In this document: in pieces, positions 46,799-59,626 of the stretch
How positions within the stretch are numbered: the stretch's first letter is position 1
Layout of the letters: every line of letters begins with the position of its first letter
DNA from: Parcubacteria group bacterium
GTDB taxonomy: Bacteria > Patescibacteriota > Minisyncoccia > Phycocordibacterales > GCA-002724975
DNA: 64,000 bases
Assembly (NCBI GenBank): GCA_002724975.1
Contig: PBQF01000039.1
Location: forward strand, 1,152-65,151
Direction of reading: 5' to 3'
Position numbers and translations under genes: made by a program
The notes under the pieces: generated by a model
What the model was told of the DNA's origin: nothing
Database searches by the model: none
The model's input: the letters and a program-made list of their open reading frames with translations, nothing else

Positions 46799-47221
46799 CT
46801 ACTTGGTCTCAATACCCATTGAACGAGCGGATCCTTCAATAATTCTCCTTGCTCCTTCAATATCTTTAGCATTTAAATCAACCATTTTCTTCTCAGCAAT
46901 TTCCTTTACTTGAGCTTTAGTAACACTCCCCGCTTTACTAACGGTGTTTTTCCCAGAACCTTTTTTAATTCCAGCCGCCTTTATTAAAAGGGATGATGTC
47001 GGCGGGGTCTTTGTAATAAAATCAAAGCTTCTGTCTTCATAAACCGAAATAACAACAGGTACTAACTCCCCTCTTTTATCTTGTGTCGCTTCGTTAAATC
47101 TGGTGATGAATTCTCCAATATTTATTCCTGCTTGACCAAGAGTTGGGCCCAAAGGAGGAGCCGGTGTTGCGGCACCACCTTGGACAATTGTCTTAACTTT
47201 TTTTACAACTTGTTTTGCCAT
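46799..47221 (-). CDS. rplK: 50S ribosomal protein L11
   Basis: [14 protein letters not shown] motif. Confidence 0.95.
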   Translation of the reverse strand: MAKQVVKKVKTIVQGGAATPAPPLGPTLGQAGINIGEFITRFNEATQDKRGELVPVVISVYEDRSFDFITKTPPTSSLLIKAAGIKKGSGKNTVSKAGSVTKAQVKEIAEKKMVDLNAKDIEGARRIIEGSARSMGIETK

Positions 47222-47223
47222 AT

Positions 47224-47769
47224 CTATATCTTTTTAACTTGAAGGTAATCGAGTTCAACCGGAGTTTCTCTACCAAACATTGAGACCATAACCTTAACCT
47301 TGCCTTTACCTTCATCAACTTCTCCAATCTTTCCTTCAAGTTCTTTAAACGGCCCATCGATTATAGAGACATGGTCGTCGATTTGCAAATCAATCTTATG
47401 TTTCAGCGTATCAGTACTCATCTTGTTAAATAATTCATCAATTTCCTCCTTCATTAAAGGAGTCGGGTGAATTCCAGAACCAACAAAGCCGGTCACTCTG
47501 GGAGTATTTCGAACAATGTACCAAGAGTCATCCGTCACAACCATATCTACCAAGACATAACCAGGATAAATTTTTTCTTCTTCAACAACTCTTTTGCCTC
47601 TCTTTATTTTTATTTTCTTTTCAGTTGGAACAACGACATCAAAAATTCTATTTTCATAACCCAAAGACTCAACTCTCTGTTTAAGATTGTGTGCTACTGC
47701 GTTTTCATATCCGGCATAAGTATGGATTGCATACCAATGCCTTTGTCCGTCTGTTTGTTGTTTACCCAT
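47224..47769 (-). CDS. nusG: transcription termination/antitermination protein NusG
   Basis: NGN domain plus a C-terminal KOW. Confidence 0.9.
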   Translation of the reverse strand: MGKQQTDGQRHWYAIHTYAGYENAVAHNLKQRVESLGYENRIFDVVVPTEKKIKIKRGKRVVEEEKIYPGYVLVDMVVTDDSWYIVRNTPRVTGFVGSGIHPTPLMKEEIDELFNKMSTDTLKHKIDLQIDDHVSIIDGPFKELEGKIGEVDEGKGKVKVMVSMFGRETPVELDYLQVKKI

Positions 47770-47771
47770 AA

Positions 47772-47948
47772 TTAAATTATTGCCTTCAGAATCTCCGAGA
47801 AAATAAAGTCAAATAGTCCAAGATATGCTGCTGTTAAAAGAGATATTAAAATAACTAAAACAGTAAAGGCAACTGACTGGAACCTTGTCGGCCAAGAGAC
47901 ATGCTTCATCTCTCCTTTTGTGTCCCTAATGTAATCTATTATTTTCAT
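47772..47948 (-). CDS. secE: preprotein translocase subunit SecE
   Basis: 58-aa MKIIDYIRDTKGEMKHVSWPTRFQSVAFTVLVILISLLTAAYLGLFDFIFSEILKAII. Conserved secE-nusG-rplK order. Below the ORF-track length cutoff. Confidence 0.75.
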   Translation of the reverse strand: MKIIDYIRDTKGEMKHVSWPTRFQSVAFTVLVILISLLTAAYLGLFDFIFSEILKAII

Positions 47949-47956
47949 AATTTTGA

Positions 47957-47982
47957 CATTTTTAAAAGCCCTCTCGGGGCTT
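47957..47982 (-). terminator. hairpin (AAGCCC-tctcg-GGGCTT) between secF and secE; secDF terminator and/or secE leader structure
   Basis: Stem-loop with flanking T/A runs. A TTGACC-16-TACTAT promoter-like element lies just upstream (48000-48030 on the minus strand). Confidence 0.45.
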
Positions 47983-48063
47983 ATTTACCGTCATAGTATC
48001 AGAATTATAAAAATGGTCAAGACCCCGTGCATAAAGTGGATTCATATGAATATCAAACGGGAT

Positions 48064-48960
48064 TCACTCACCCCTGTTCAGAACAACCAAAAGAGGGCTA
48101 GCTAAAAAGATCGATGAGTATGTTCCAGCTATAACTCCAATTACAAGAGTTAAAGCAAAATATCTTGTTGAGTCTCCTCCTAAAAATAGAAGAGTTAAGA
48201 GAACTAAAAGAGTGGTGAGGGAAGTATTAATAGAACGCGCATATGTTTGATTCAAACTTCTCCCAACGGTATCTCTAAAACTCTCTTTTCTTCCTTTTTC
48301 CTGATTTAAATTCAAATTCTCCCTAACCCTGTCAAAGACAACAATCGTGTCATTTACAGAAAACCCAAGAATGGCCAGAAGTGCAGTTACAAAGAGTATA
48401 TCAATTTCGGCTCCGCTAAATTTACCAAGGATTATAAAAGCTCCAGTCGGAATTAAAATATCGTGAACAAGGGCAACTATCGCAATCAGCCCATATTTCC
48501 AACTTGAAACTGGAAAAGAAACTCTCCTGAATGAAAAAGTAATAAATAAAATAATGGCCAGAACTACAATAACAATTGCAATATAAGCTTTTTGTTTTAA
48601 TTCCTCCCCGATAATAGGGCCAACCATGCTAAATCTTTTCTGGACAACTTCCCTGCTTCCTTCGAAAGAAAGAAGTGTTAGAAGATTGACTCTTTCACTA
48701 TCTTCTAAATCTCGAGTTCTTAAAACATATCCGTTTTCTCCTGTTGGCTGAAGTTTGTATCCCCCAATTGCCATATTAGAAACTTTATCTTTTACAGCAT
48801 CAGAACTAGGGCGCTCCCCTATATATTCAACTTCCAAAATAGAGCCTCCAGTGAAATCAATTCCAAAATTAAGTCCGCCAAAAATAATTAATCCCAATGA
48901 TACCAAAACTAAAAGTCCTGATATGATAAAGAAAAATTTTCTGTATTTTACAACAAACAT
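48064..48960 (-). CDS. secF: protein translocase subunit SecF
   Basis: 298 aa, 6 TM, SecF family. Confidence 0.9.
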   Translation of the reverse strand: MFVVKYRKFFFIISGLLVLVSLGLIIFGGLNFGIDFTGGSILEVEYIGERPSSDAVKDKVSNMAIGGYKLQPTGENGYVLRTRDLEDSERVNLLTLLSFEGSREVVQKRFSMVGPIIGEELKQKAYIAIVIVVLAIILFITFSFRRVSFPVSSWKYGLIAIVALVHDILIPTGAFIILGKFSGAEIDILFVTALLAILGFSVNDTIVVFDRVRENLNLNQEKGRKESFRDTVGRSLNQTYARSINTSLTTLLVLLTLLFLGGDSTRYFALTLVIGVIAGTYSSIFLASPLLVVLNRGE

Positions 48961-48962
48961 GA

Positions 48963-50270
48963 TTATTTAAACCCGACACCAAACATTCTATTAAATCTTT
49001 CTGGAACAACCGCCAAAAGAAAGGTTCTTGAAATTGAAATGGCTGTAATCATACTGACAATTACTCCCAAGCCAAAAGTCAAAGCAAAACCTTTCACTAA
49101 AGAAGTTCCAAACCAAAAAAGGATAATGGCAGTAATAATACTTGAAATATTTGAATCTCTGATTGAAAGCCAGGCTCGAGAAAAACCATTTCTAACTGCT
49201 TCTTCCATGCTCGGTGTTCCCTCTTCGAGTTCCTCTTTCATCCTTTCGAAAATAAGAATATTGGCGTCAACCGCCATACCAATTGAAAGGATAAAACCGG
49301 CAATACCAGCAGCAGTAAGTGTTACAGGAATAAGCTTAAAAATAGCCAGCATTAGCACTATATATATAGAAAGAGAAAGAATAGCGACTAACCCCGAAGC
49401 CCTGTACCAAAGAAGTAAAAAGAGAGCAACAAGAATAATACCCCAAATCCCAGCCTTAATCCCTGCCTCAACAGTTTGTGCTCCCAAAGATGGGCCAATT
49501 GATTGAGTACTAATAAGTTCAATGGCTAAAGGTAAAGCTCCAAAGTTTAAATCTCTAACAAGTTCTTTTGCTTCTTCTGGTGTAAACTGTCCGGTGATTA
49601 CTGCATTGCCACCAGAAATTTCTGTATTGATATTTGGTGCGGAGATGACTTCTCCATCAAGAATAATCGCCAAAGGTTCGCCAACATTTTCTCCTGTTAT
49701 CTTTTGAAATAATTCTGCCCCATCTTTATTAAACTCAAGTCCAATACTTGGGCTATTCAATGCACTTCCCGTTCGCCCTAAGCCGTCTTGTCCAAATTGG
49801 AGAGTTGCCCTTTTAACCATTCTGCCAGTTAAACCAGTTGGAATTAAAATATCTTCAACACTTGCTTCGGGATCTTGGGCAAGAAGAGATTCCCCGTCTT
49901 TAACAAGACGGAATTCAAGAAGCGGGGTTTTGCCTATCAAATTAATCGCCTCTTCCACATCTGTTACACCTGGAAGTTCAACAATTAATCTTTGGTCATT
50001 AACATTCCCAAAGAGACCACCTTCCTCGACTTGAACAACAGGTTCTCCAACTCCAAAGAGATTGACTCTGCGTTCAATCACATCCCGCAAAGCGTTCATT
50101 AAATCTTTTACTTCCGTCCGCCCAACCTCACTGGTATCTGCCTTATAAGCCAAGTGTGTTCCGCCAGAAAGATCAAGGCCAAGTTTAAAAGAGTCCTTGG
50201 TCAAGGCCAGATATCCTATAAAAACTCCGATTATGAGTATTAAGATGGCGGTAATTCTGAGTGCTGTCAT
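48963..50270 (-). CDS. secD: protein translocase subunit SecD
   Basis: 435 aa, periplasmic domain plus 6 TM. Confidence 0.9.
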   Translation of the reverse strand: MTALRITAILILIIGVFIGYLALTKDSFKLGLDLSGGTHLAYKADTSEVGRTEVKDLMNALRDVIERRVNLFGVGEPVVQVEEGGLFGNVNDQRLIVELPGVTDVEEAINLIGKTPLLEFRLVKDGESLLAQDPEASVEDILIPTGLTGRMVKRATLQFGQDGLGRTGSALNSPSIGLEFNKDGAELFQKITGENVGEPLAIILDGEVISAPNINTEISGGNAVITGQFTPEEAKELVRDLNFGALPLAIELISTQSIGPSLGAQTVEAGIKAGIWGIILVALFLLLWYRASGLVAILSLSIYIVLMLAIFKLIPVTLTAAGIAGFILSIGMAVDANILIFERMKEELEEGTPSMEEAVRNGFSRAWLSIRDSNISSIITAIILFWFGTSLVKGFALTFGLGVIVSMITAISISRTFLLAVVPERFNRMFGVGFK

Positions 50271-50300
50271 TTCGCTATAATATAGGAAAATTAAAAAAAG

Positions 50301-51647
50301 CTAAACCCCAGTCCTTGAGAGCAAGGCCTTGATTGTTTTAAGAGCAATCTTTAAATCAAGAAAGAAAGACCTATTTTTAATGTAATAAAGATCATAAGAA
50401 AGCTTCATTTTGGTCTCAGAAAAATCAGTCCCATGGTGGGGGTGATTATCATGGTAAATCTGAGCCCATCCTGAAAGCCCTGGTTTTATAAGGTGTCTAA
50501 CATTGTAATAAGGTATTTCTTCCTCATATTTTAGGGCCAAAGCGGGAATCTCTGGCCTTGGGCCAATTAGAGAAATATCCCCTTTTAAAACATTCCAAAG
50601 TTGCGGTAATTCATCAATACGGCTTTTTCTTAGGAAAGTTCCTACTTTAGTCACCACTCGCCTACTTTTTAGTACTTCTTCTCCTTCGTCTAGTCCTGAC
50701 ATACTGCGGAATTTAATAATTTCCACATGTTTATTGTCCTGACCAATACGACTCTGCCTAATAAAAATTTCTCCTCCATCATCCATTTTTATAGCAAGAA
50801 ATACAAATGGGTAAAAAATCAGTGAGAGCAAAGCTAGAGGCAAAGAAATAATTACATCCATCATTCTTTTAACAAGATCGTATGAGACTTTTGGTGAAAG
50901 AGAAAGGTTTTCTAAAAACCAGTCATACCCCAATAAAGAAACTGGCACCCTGTCAAAAATATCTTCATAAACTTTATACTTGTCAATAAATTCAACACCT
51001 TCATAAATAAGCTTGTAAAGATCTTGTAGAATTTTCTTTATCCTCTCACTTTTGAGATTAATAATGATATAAGAAATATTTTTTTCCTTAACCTCGTTCA
51101 GAATTTCTTTTGAAAGTTGCTTTACAGATTTATCAGGGCTAATGATTGAAGCAAAATAAAAACTGTAGCGGGAGTTGTTATTAACCTCCTCTACGAGGTC
51201 TCTTGTTTCCTCCTCACTATTGATTATTAAAGCTGCCCCCTTAACCTTATCACCTATAAAAGCACTCCCATAAATTCTCCAGATAAGTATCAGACCAAAT
51301 GACAATATCAGGTAAATAAAAAGATTTGTCTTTGGGGTAATTGCAAAATATGGGATAAGATAGAAAAAGAGAACAGCAATAAAAGTATTAATGACTTGAG
51401 TATTTAAAATAATATTCGGTAAACGATTTTTAAAAAGAATTGTGTGTTTTTCATAAAGGCCTGCAATAAAAAAGATTGTAATCCAGATGATAAAAATAAT
51501 AGAAAAAGCGATTATGTGTTCATCTAAATGAGCCTCCTCTGGGAATCCTAAATAGCTAATGAGAAGCATTGTAAAAAGTGAAAGATAGAGAAAGAAAACG
51601 TCTCCCAGAAAAAGAATTATTGCCTCTTTTTTGCTTTGTATAGCCAT
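50301..51647 (-). CDS. polyprenyl-phosphate sugar-1-phosphate transferase (WbaP/bacterial sugar transferase family)
   Basis: C-terminal ELPQLWNVLKGDISLIGPRPE motif, N-terminal TMs. Confidence 0.85.
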   Translation of the reverse strand: MAIQSKKEAIILFLGDVFFLYLSLFTMLLISYLGFPEEAHLDEHIIAFSIIFIIWITIFFIAGLYEKHTILFKNRLPNIILNTQVINTFIAVLFFYLIPYFAITPKTNLFIYLILSFGLILIWRIYGSAFIGDKVKGAALIINSEEETRDLVEEVNNNSRYSFYFASIISPDKSVKQLSKEILNEVKEKNISYIIINLKSERIKKILQDLYKLIYEGVEFIDKYKVYEDIFDRVPVSLLGYDWFLENLSLSPKVSYDLVKRMMDVIISLPLALLSLIFYPFVFLAIKMDDGGEIFIRQSRIGQDNKHVEIIKFRSMSGLDEGEEVLKSRRVVTKVGTFLRKSRIDELPQLWNVLKGDISLIGPRPEIPALALKYEEEIPYYNVRHLIKPGLSGWAQIYHDNHPHHGTDFSETKMKLSYDLYYIKNRSFFLDLKIALKTIKALLSRTGV

Positions 51648-51757
51648 AAATTAAGTATAATGTATCAGGTATTATGTATAATGTATAGATTATTAAACAA
51701 CAATATGATAATCTGGTCAATGTAACAATATACAGCTGGGTTAAGTTTCAAAATCTA

Positions 51758-52870
51758 ATGAGCGGAAGTAGAAAAAAAATAATATATTTGATTACCAAAG
51801 CGAACTTGGGCGGTGCGCAAAAGTATGTTTTCGACTTAGCCACTTCTCTCCCCCAAGACAAATTTGATGTCCTTGTTGTTCATGGACAAGGTAATATCTT
51901 AAGCAAGAAACTTCAGGAAGAGAAAATAAAAACCATTTTCGTTCCTGAGATGGGAAGAGATATAAATGTCTTGGGAGAAATAATTTCTTTCTTTAAAATC
52001 TTTAAGATTATTTTTGACTATAACCCAGACATAGTCCACGTAAACAGTTCAAAGGCCGGGGGTATTGGGGCCTTTGTGGCTAGACTAACCTTTACGCAAA
52101 AAATAATTTTTACTGTTCATGGTTGGGCATTTAATGAACCCCAATTTGATAATATCCTAACAAAATTCTTTTCTTGGCTGACGGTTTTTCTTTCAACAGA
52201 CACCATCGTCATTTCAAAACAAAATTTTGAGCAAGGTTTGAGATATCCTTTTGTAAAAAACAGATTTGCTCTCATCTATAATGGAGTAAAAGATACTAAT
52301 TTTAGAGAAAGGACTTCTGCCAGAAAATTCATTGCAGATTTAACAAAAGCAGACAGCAAAAAAATCTGGGTAGTGACAATTTCAGAACTTCATAAAAATA
52401 AGGGGCTTAGTTATTTAATAGAAGCTGTTTCTAAATTAGAAAAGAAACCCATTGTTTTTATAATTGGACCCGGAGAAGAAAGAAATAATTTGGGAAACTT
52501 AATTTCTAAACATAATCTAGAAGACAATATCTTTCTTATGGGATTTATTGACGAAGCGAGTACCTACTTAAAGGCTTTTGATATTTTTATCCTAACTTCA
52601 GTTAAAGAAGGGCATCCCTATGCACTACTCGAAGCGGGACTAGCAAAACTTCCAAGTATAGGAAGTGATATTCCTGGAGTGAAGGATATTTTAGAAAATG
52701 AAAATGGTATTTTAACCATACCAAAAGACCCCAACGACATTGCTGAAAAACTGGATGGCTTGATAAAAGATAAGGGAAAAAAGGCTCAACTAAGCCAAAA
52801 TTTACATAGTAAAGTTTTTGGAGAATTCTCCTTTAAAGAAATGTTAGAAAAAACTATATCTCTTTATTAA
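51758..52870 (+). CDS. glycosyltransferase family 4
   Basis: GT-B fold, E...E motif region in the C-terminal half. Confidence 0.8.
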   Translation: MSGSRKKIIYLITKANLGGAQKYVFDLATSLPQDKFDVLVVHGQGNILSKKLQEEKIKTIFVPEMGRDINVLGEIISFFKIFKIIFDYNPDIVHVNSSKAGGIGAFVARLTFTQKIIFTVHGWAFNEPQFDNILTKFFSWLTVFLSTDTIVISKQNFEQGLRYPFVKNRFALIYNGVKDTNFRERTSARKFIADLTKADSKKIWVVTISELHKNKGLSYLIEAVSKLEKKPIVFIIGPGEERNNLGNLISKHNLEDNIFLMGFIDEASTYLKAFDIFILTSVKEGHPYALLEAGLAKLPSIGSDIPGVKDILENENGILTIPKDPNDIAEKLDGLIKDKGKKAQLSQNLHSKVFGEFSFKEMLEKTISLY

Positions 52871-52958
52871 AAATTAATTAACGAATTGTTGGCTCACAAT
52901 ACCATCTTGGAAGCGGCCCCGATGGAGTACTTATTGTCTGGTGTTAGTTGTTAGTCAA

Positions 52959-54104
52959 TTAGTTTCCAATCATCCTCTCAACTCCTAAAAATTCATTTTT
53001 AGTGTCTTCTTTATGGTATGCTTTCCCGTATCTTCTCATGCCCATTAGGATTCCAAGGGCTAAAAATTCCGTCACGATATGTGAACCTCCGTAACTTAAA
53101 AATGGTACAGTTGTCCCAGTCACCGGCAAGAGTCCTATATTCATTCCAACATGAATAATAAAATGGCTTATCAAAAATATTGAAACTCCTAATCCAAAAA
53201 GTATCTCAAAATTTGTTGCCCCATGTAAAGCACTAAGTAATATTCTCCAAAACAAAACACCAAATAGAGAGAATAAAATAATAACCCCAATAAAACCCCA
53301 TTCTTCCGAAAAGGCAGCAAAAACAAAATCAGTCTCATATTCGGGTAAAAATTCCAAGCGCGATTGGGTGCCATAGCCAATCCCTTTTCCGGTAAGTTGT
53401 CCTGAACCAACGGCAATTGTCGATTGAAGAGCGTTATACCCCGCCCCCGAAGTGTCGGTTAAAGGATTAAGAAAAGTTAGAATCCTATCCTTCTGATATG
53501 GCACAAAAACAAAGCTCCATAATAAGACCATAGATAAAAGGCCAACAAGAAGAACTAGAAAGAGATGTTTTTTTGAAATTCCCGAAACTAAAACTAAACC
53601 AAGCCAAATCATAAAAATAATAATAGCTGAACCAAAGTCTGGCTGAAGCAAAACTAAAAGGAAAATTGTCAGGGCATAAAAACCAGAAACTAGAAGATGT
53701 CTGAAATTCGCAATCTCAACATGCCTCCTAGAAAAATATTTAGCTAAAATAATTATTAAAAAAATTTTTATTGGATCTGATGGTTGAAGTGAAAAAGCTC
53801 CAAAGTCAAACCAACTAATCGCTCCCTTTGTCACTTGGCCTGCAACGAAAAGAGTGATTAAAAGTCCGGTTGAAACAAGAAAAAGAAGAACGGAAACCCA
53901 GGTTCTTCGAAGAAACCTCCAATCAACTAAACTAGCCAGAAAAAAGACTCCAAAACCTATCAAAATCCAGATAATTTGCCTTTCGAAGAAAATACTCTCC
54001 CCAACAAAGGAATTCATGGTCACTAATCCGGCGCCTAACAAAGGAATAGTTGCTAGAAATAGATACCAATCTATGTTCAAACCGACTTTTTTAACTAAAT
54101 CCAT
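52959..54104 (-). CDS. SEDS family peptidoglycan polymerase (RodA/FtsW)
   Basis: 10-TM FtsW/RodA/SpoVE pattern. Confidence 0.85.
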   Translation of the reverse strand: MDLVKKVGLNIDWYLFLATIPLLGAGLVTMNSFVGESIFFERQIIWILIGFGVFFLASLVDWRFLRRTWVSVLLFLVSTGLLITLFVAGQVTKGAISWFDFGAFSLQPSDPIKIFLIIILAKYFSRRHVEIANFRHLLVSGFYALTIFLLVLLQPDFGSAIIIFMIWLGLVLVSGISKKHLFLVLLVGLLSMVLLWSFVFVPYQKDRILTFLNPLTDTSGAGYNALQSTIAVGSGQLTGKGIGYGTQSRLEFLPEYETDFVFAAFSEEWGFIGVIILFSLFGVLFWRILLSALHGATNFEILFGLGVSIFLISHFIIHVGMNIGLLPVTGTTVPFLSYGGSHIVTEFLALGILMGMRRYGKAYHKEDTKNEFLGVERMIGN

Positions 54105-54865
54105 TAGTTTCTAGTACCAAACTTTGGTAGAATTTCGACCCTTCCGATAGGGCTTTTGAAAGGATTGGGCCAAGTGAAAGTGACCTTCTCCATTGAGTCC
54201 GGACTTATGTTTTCGACAAGTGTTTTGGAACTAGCCATGGCGTTATCAGCCATGTCATAAATTATGGCAAACAGCTCTACGTCTTTTATTGAAACAAAGC
54301 CTCTGTTTTCAAGCTCTACATCAACCCTCGGAGAAGAATCAGTATTTATTATTCCTCTCTTATTTATTCGGAGATTTGAACTTATATTCTCCTGAGTCAG
54401 CCATTCAACTTTACTAGTGAATTCAAAGAATGTTTTATCTGGAGCCCTTTCTCTGGTCACAATTGTCCCTTCAAAAATAGGGAACCTCGTTTGAGCTGGG
54501 ATATCAGTTTTACCCTTTCTTTCATAAACTAGAACACCTTTGTCATCAAGAAGTGTGAAAGTGTAAAAGACATCTTGTGCCCCAGCACTCAGATTTGGGT
54601 TCTCTATCATGGCAACAGAATTATAGACTCCATCTCTTACTTCAAAACTTCTGGTCCAAAGAATTAATGGTTCAGCTACAGTAAATCCACAAATTTTTTC
54701 ACATCCACCACCGCAGTCGACTCCGCGTTCATTACTATTTTGTTTACCATCAAAACAAGTTGGCTCTTTATTAAAAATATTATAAACAGGAAGAGCAAAA
54801 ACAATGACGAGAATTAATATCAAACCCCCTAAATAGATAGATCTGTTTTTAGATGACCAACTCAT
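54104..54865 (-). CDS. hypothetical membrane-anchored secreted protein
   Basis: Start at the ATG at 54863-54865 (MSWSSKNRSIYLGGLILILV...). The track extension to 55192 runs through the 5S rRNA gene. Confidence 0.45.
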   Translation of the reverse strand: MSWSSKNRSIYLGGLILILVIVFALPVYNIFNKEPTCFDGKQNSNERGVDCGGGCEKICGFTVAEPLILWTRSFEVRDGVYNSVAMIENPNLSAGAQDVFYTFTLLDDKGVLVYERKGKTDIPAQTRFPIFEGTIVTRERAPDKTFFEFTSKVEWLTQENISSNLRINKRGIINTDSSPRVDVELENRGFVSIKDVELFAIIYDMADNAMASSKTLVENISPDSMEKVTFTWPNPFKSPIGRVEILPKFGTRN

Positions 54866-54932
54866 GAACTCTATAATACCAGAAAAACAAAATACTCCGC
54901 CATATTTAGCGAAGTATTTTGTTTTAAGTTCT

Positions 54933-55041
54933 CTAAGTTGGCGGTGACCTACTCTCGCCTTGCGACTACCATCGGTGCTAACAGGCTTAACTTCTGTGTT
55001 CGGAATGAGAACAGGTGTAGCCCTATCGCCAAACCACCAAC
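54933..55041 (-). rRNA. rrf: 5S ribosomal RNA
   Basis: Minus-strand GGTGGTTTGGCGATAGGGCTACACCTGTTCTCATTCCGAACACAGAAGTTAAGCCTGTTAGCACCGATGGTAGT...GTCACCGCCAAC. Confidence 0.9.
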
Positions 55042-55174
55042 TTAGAAAACTCAAATATTCAAAAGGTACGCCCTTACACTTTTTAGTGTGATATTGCCCA
55101 AAGACAACACACCCAAGTGTGTCACATCGGAAGATGTGGGGATAAATTGCAAACAAATTGTGGTTTTCAAAGCT

Positions 55175-58175
<3,001 letters not shown>

Positions 58176-58497
58176 AAGTTCAAAAACCACAATTTGTTTG
58201 CAATTTCCCAGCACTACTTTTTGATGGTGCTGGGTACCTGTTCAGTCCCACTTGAGATGAGACTGAAACTAATATATTGTCAAAGTTCAACCGCATTATG
58301 AATTTTAAAAAGAAAAAACCGCCTTCCAAGCGGTGCCAACCAAACAATGGAATACTCCAAAAAGTGATTAGCCTTTCCGCTTAAATATTGAATTTAACTT
58401 AATATTCATAAGCCCTAGTATTATATACACATTAGAGAGGAGGTCAACCCTGATAAAAGAAAAATCTCTGTCTCTTCTTTCAACTCTATAACAATCT

Positions 58498-58524
58498 GGT
58501 TCCAATTCTGTATAATTGGGGTCA
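58498..58524 (+). promoter_or_regulatory. 27-bp direct repeat copy 1 (ggttccaattctgtataattggggtca) containing TATAAT; putative promoter of methyltransferase gene
   Basis: Identical to the copy at 59453-59479; lies about 50 nt upstream of the ATG at 58573. Confidence 0.6.
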
Positions 58525-58572
58525 CAGCTTTTTGAGCTATATTTAACAACGTATTTTCAGTAGCCCAAAGGG

Positions 58573-59313
58573 ATGTTGGAACCATATGATATACTTCCCG
58601 TCATGCAAACTTTATATAGAAAACTCTCCCCATACTATAAATACTTTGTAAATTTTCATGCGGACACAAAAAAAGAGATTGAGGTTTTAAATAAGCTGTT
58701 TAAACAACACAAAGTAAAATCAATACTTGATATTGCTTGTGGTATAGGAAGACACAGTATAGCACTTGCAAAGTTAGGCTATGATGTGACAGGGGTGGAT
58801 TTTTCATCCTCTCAACTAGCACAGGCAAGGAAAGATGCAAAAGAAGCTGGTGTAAAGGTTACTTTCGTCAAAAAAGATGCAAATTATTTTACTTCACATA
58901 AAAAATTTGATGCAATAATTTGTATGTGGTCAACATTGGGGGAAGAACCTATGCAGTATGAAAAAGTAATACCAAATGTCTTTCGCTCTCTGAAAAAAAA
59001 CGGGGTATTTATAATAGACAATAGAGATTGGTCTGATATACCAAAAGGCGGGAAAAGAACTATACGCAACAGTTTATCTACTCCACACTACAAAATTAAA
59101 CAATTAATACTAGATAGATTTACCGAACATTTTCGCATCAGAGATATAACTTATACTATAAATGGAAAACAATATGATGACCTTTGTATTACACATATTA
59201 TTAGACCTAAAGAATGGGTAGCCGAATTGAGACAAGCTGGCTTTCGGAACAATAAAATAATAAAGAATTACAAAAGTAAGAAAACAAGTACTCTAATTGT
59301 GGGACAAAAGTAG
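58573..59313 (+). CDS. class I SAM-dependent methyltransferase
   Basis: Motif I DIACGIGRHSIALAKLGYDVTGVDFS, 246 aa. Confidence 0.8.
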   Translation: MLEPYDILPVMQTLYRKLSPYYKYFVNFHADTKKEIEVLNKLFKQHKVKSILDIACGIGRHSIALAKLGYDVTGVDFSSSQLAQARKDAKEAGVKVTFVKKDANYFTSHKKFDAIICMWSTLGEEPMQYEKVIPNVFRSLKKNGVFIIDNRDWSDIPKGGKRTIRNSLSTPHYKIKQLILDRFTEHFRIRDITYTINGKQYDDLCITHIIRPKEWVAELRQAGFRNNKIIKNYKSKKTSTLIVGQK

Positions 59314-59452
59314 TCACAGTGTTTCAACCACTGTTATCCCATGGGTTCTAATAAAGAGAGGTAGTCTGCTTATCAAGCAACTAAAGCTTTCTTTTCATCC
59401 TCAACCACAGTCCTCCCAAATTCCTGCCACTCTTTTAGCTCTATGACTAGTT

Positions 59453-59479
59453 GGTTCCAATTCTGTATAATTGGGGTCA
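59453..59479 (+). promoter_or_regulatory. 27-bp direct repeat copy 2 (identical), preceded by TGACTA at -35 spacing
   Basis: TGACTA-16-TATAAT arrangement; downstream lies about 150 nt with no convincing ORF before the GTAC-palindrome terminator. Confidence 0.55.
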
Positions 59480-59581
59480 GTTCATTAAATGGGCCCTCCT
59501 ACACCCTGTGCACATGGCACGAGCACTTACGCCGATGGACAAACAGAAATTCTTCTCTGGGATGGTTTCTTAATTTTTTAT

Positions 59582-59626
59582 GGTATGTACCATGGTACGT
59601 ACCACAGTACGTACTATTTTATTTTC
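59582..59626. terminator. cluster of overlapping GTAC-based palindromes (GTACCATGGTAC, GGTACGTACC, GTACGTAC) + T-run; convergent terminator between methyltransferase/putative sRNA and fusA
   Basis: Perfect palindromes at 59587-59598 and 59594-59603, followed by TATTTTATTTT. Confidence 0.5.
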
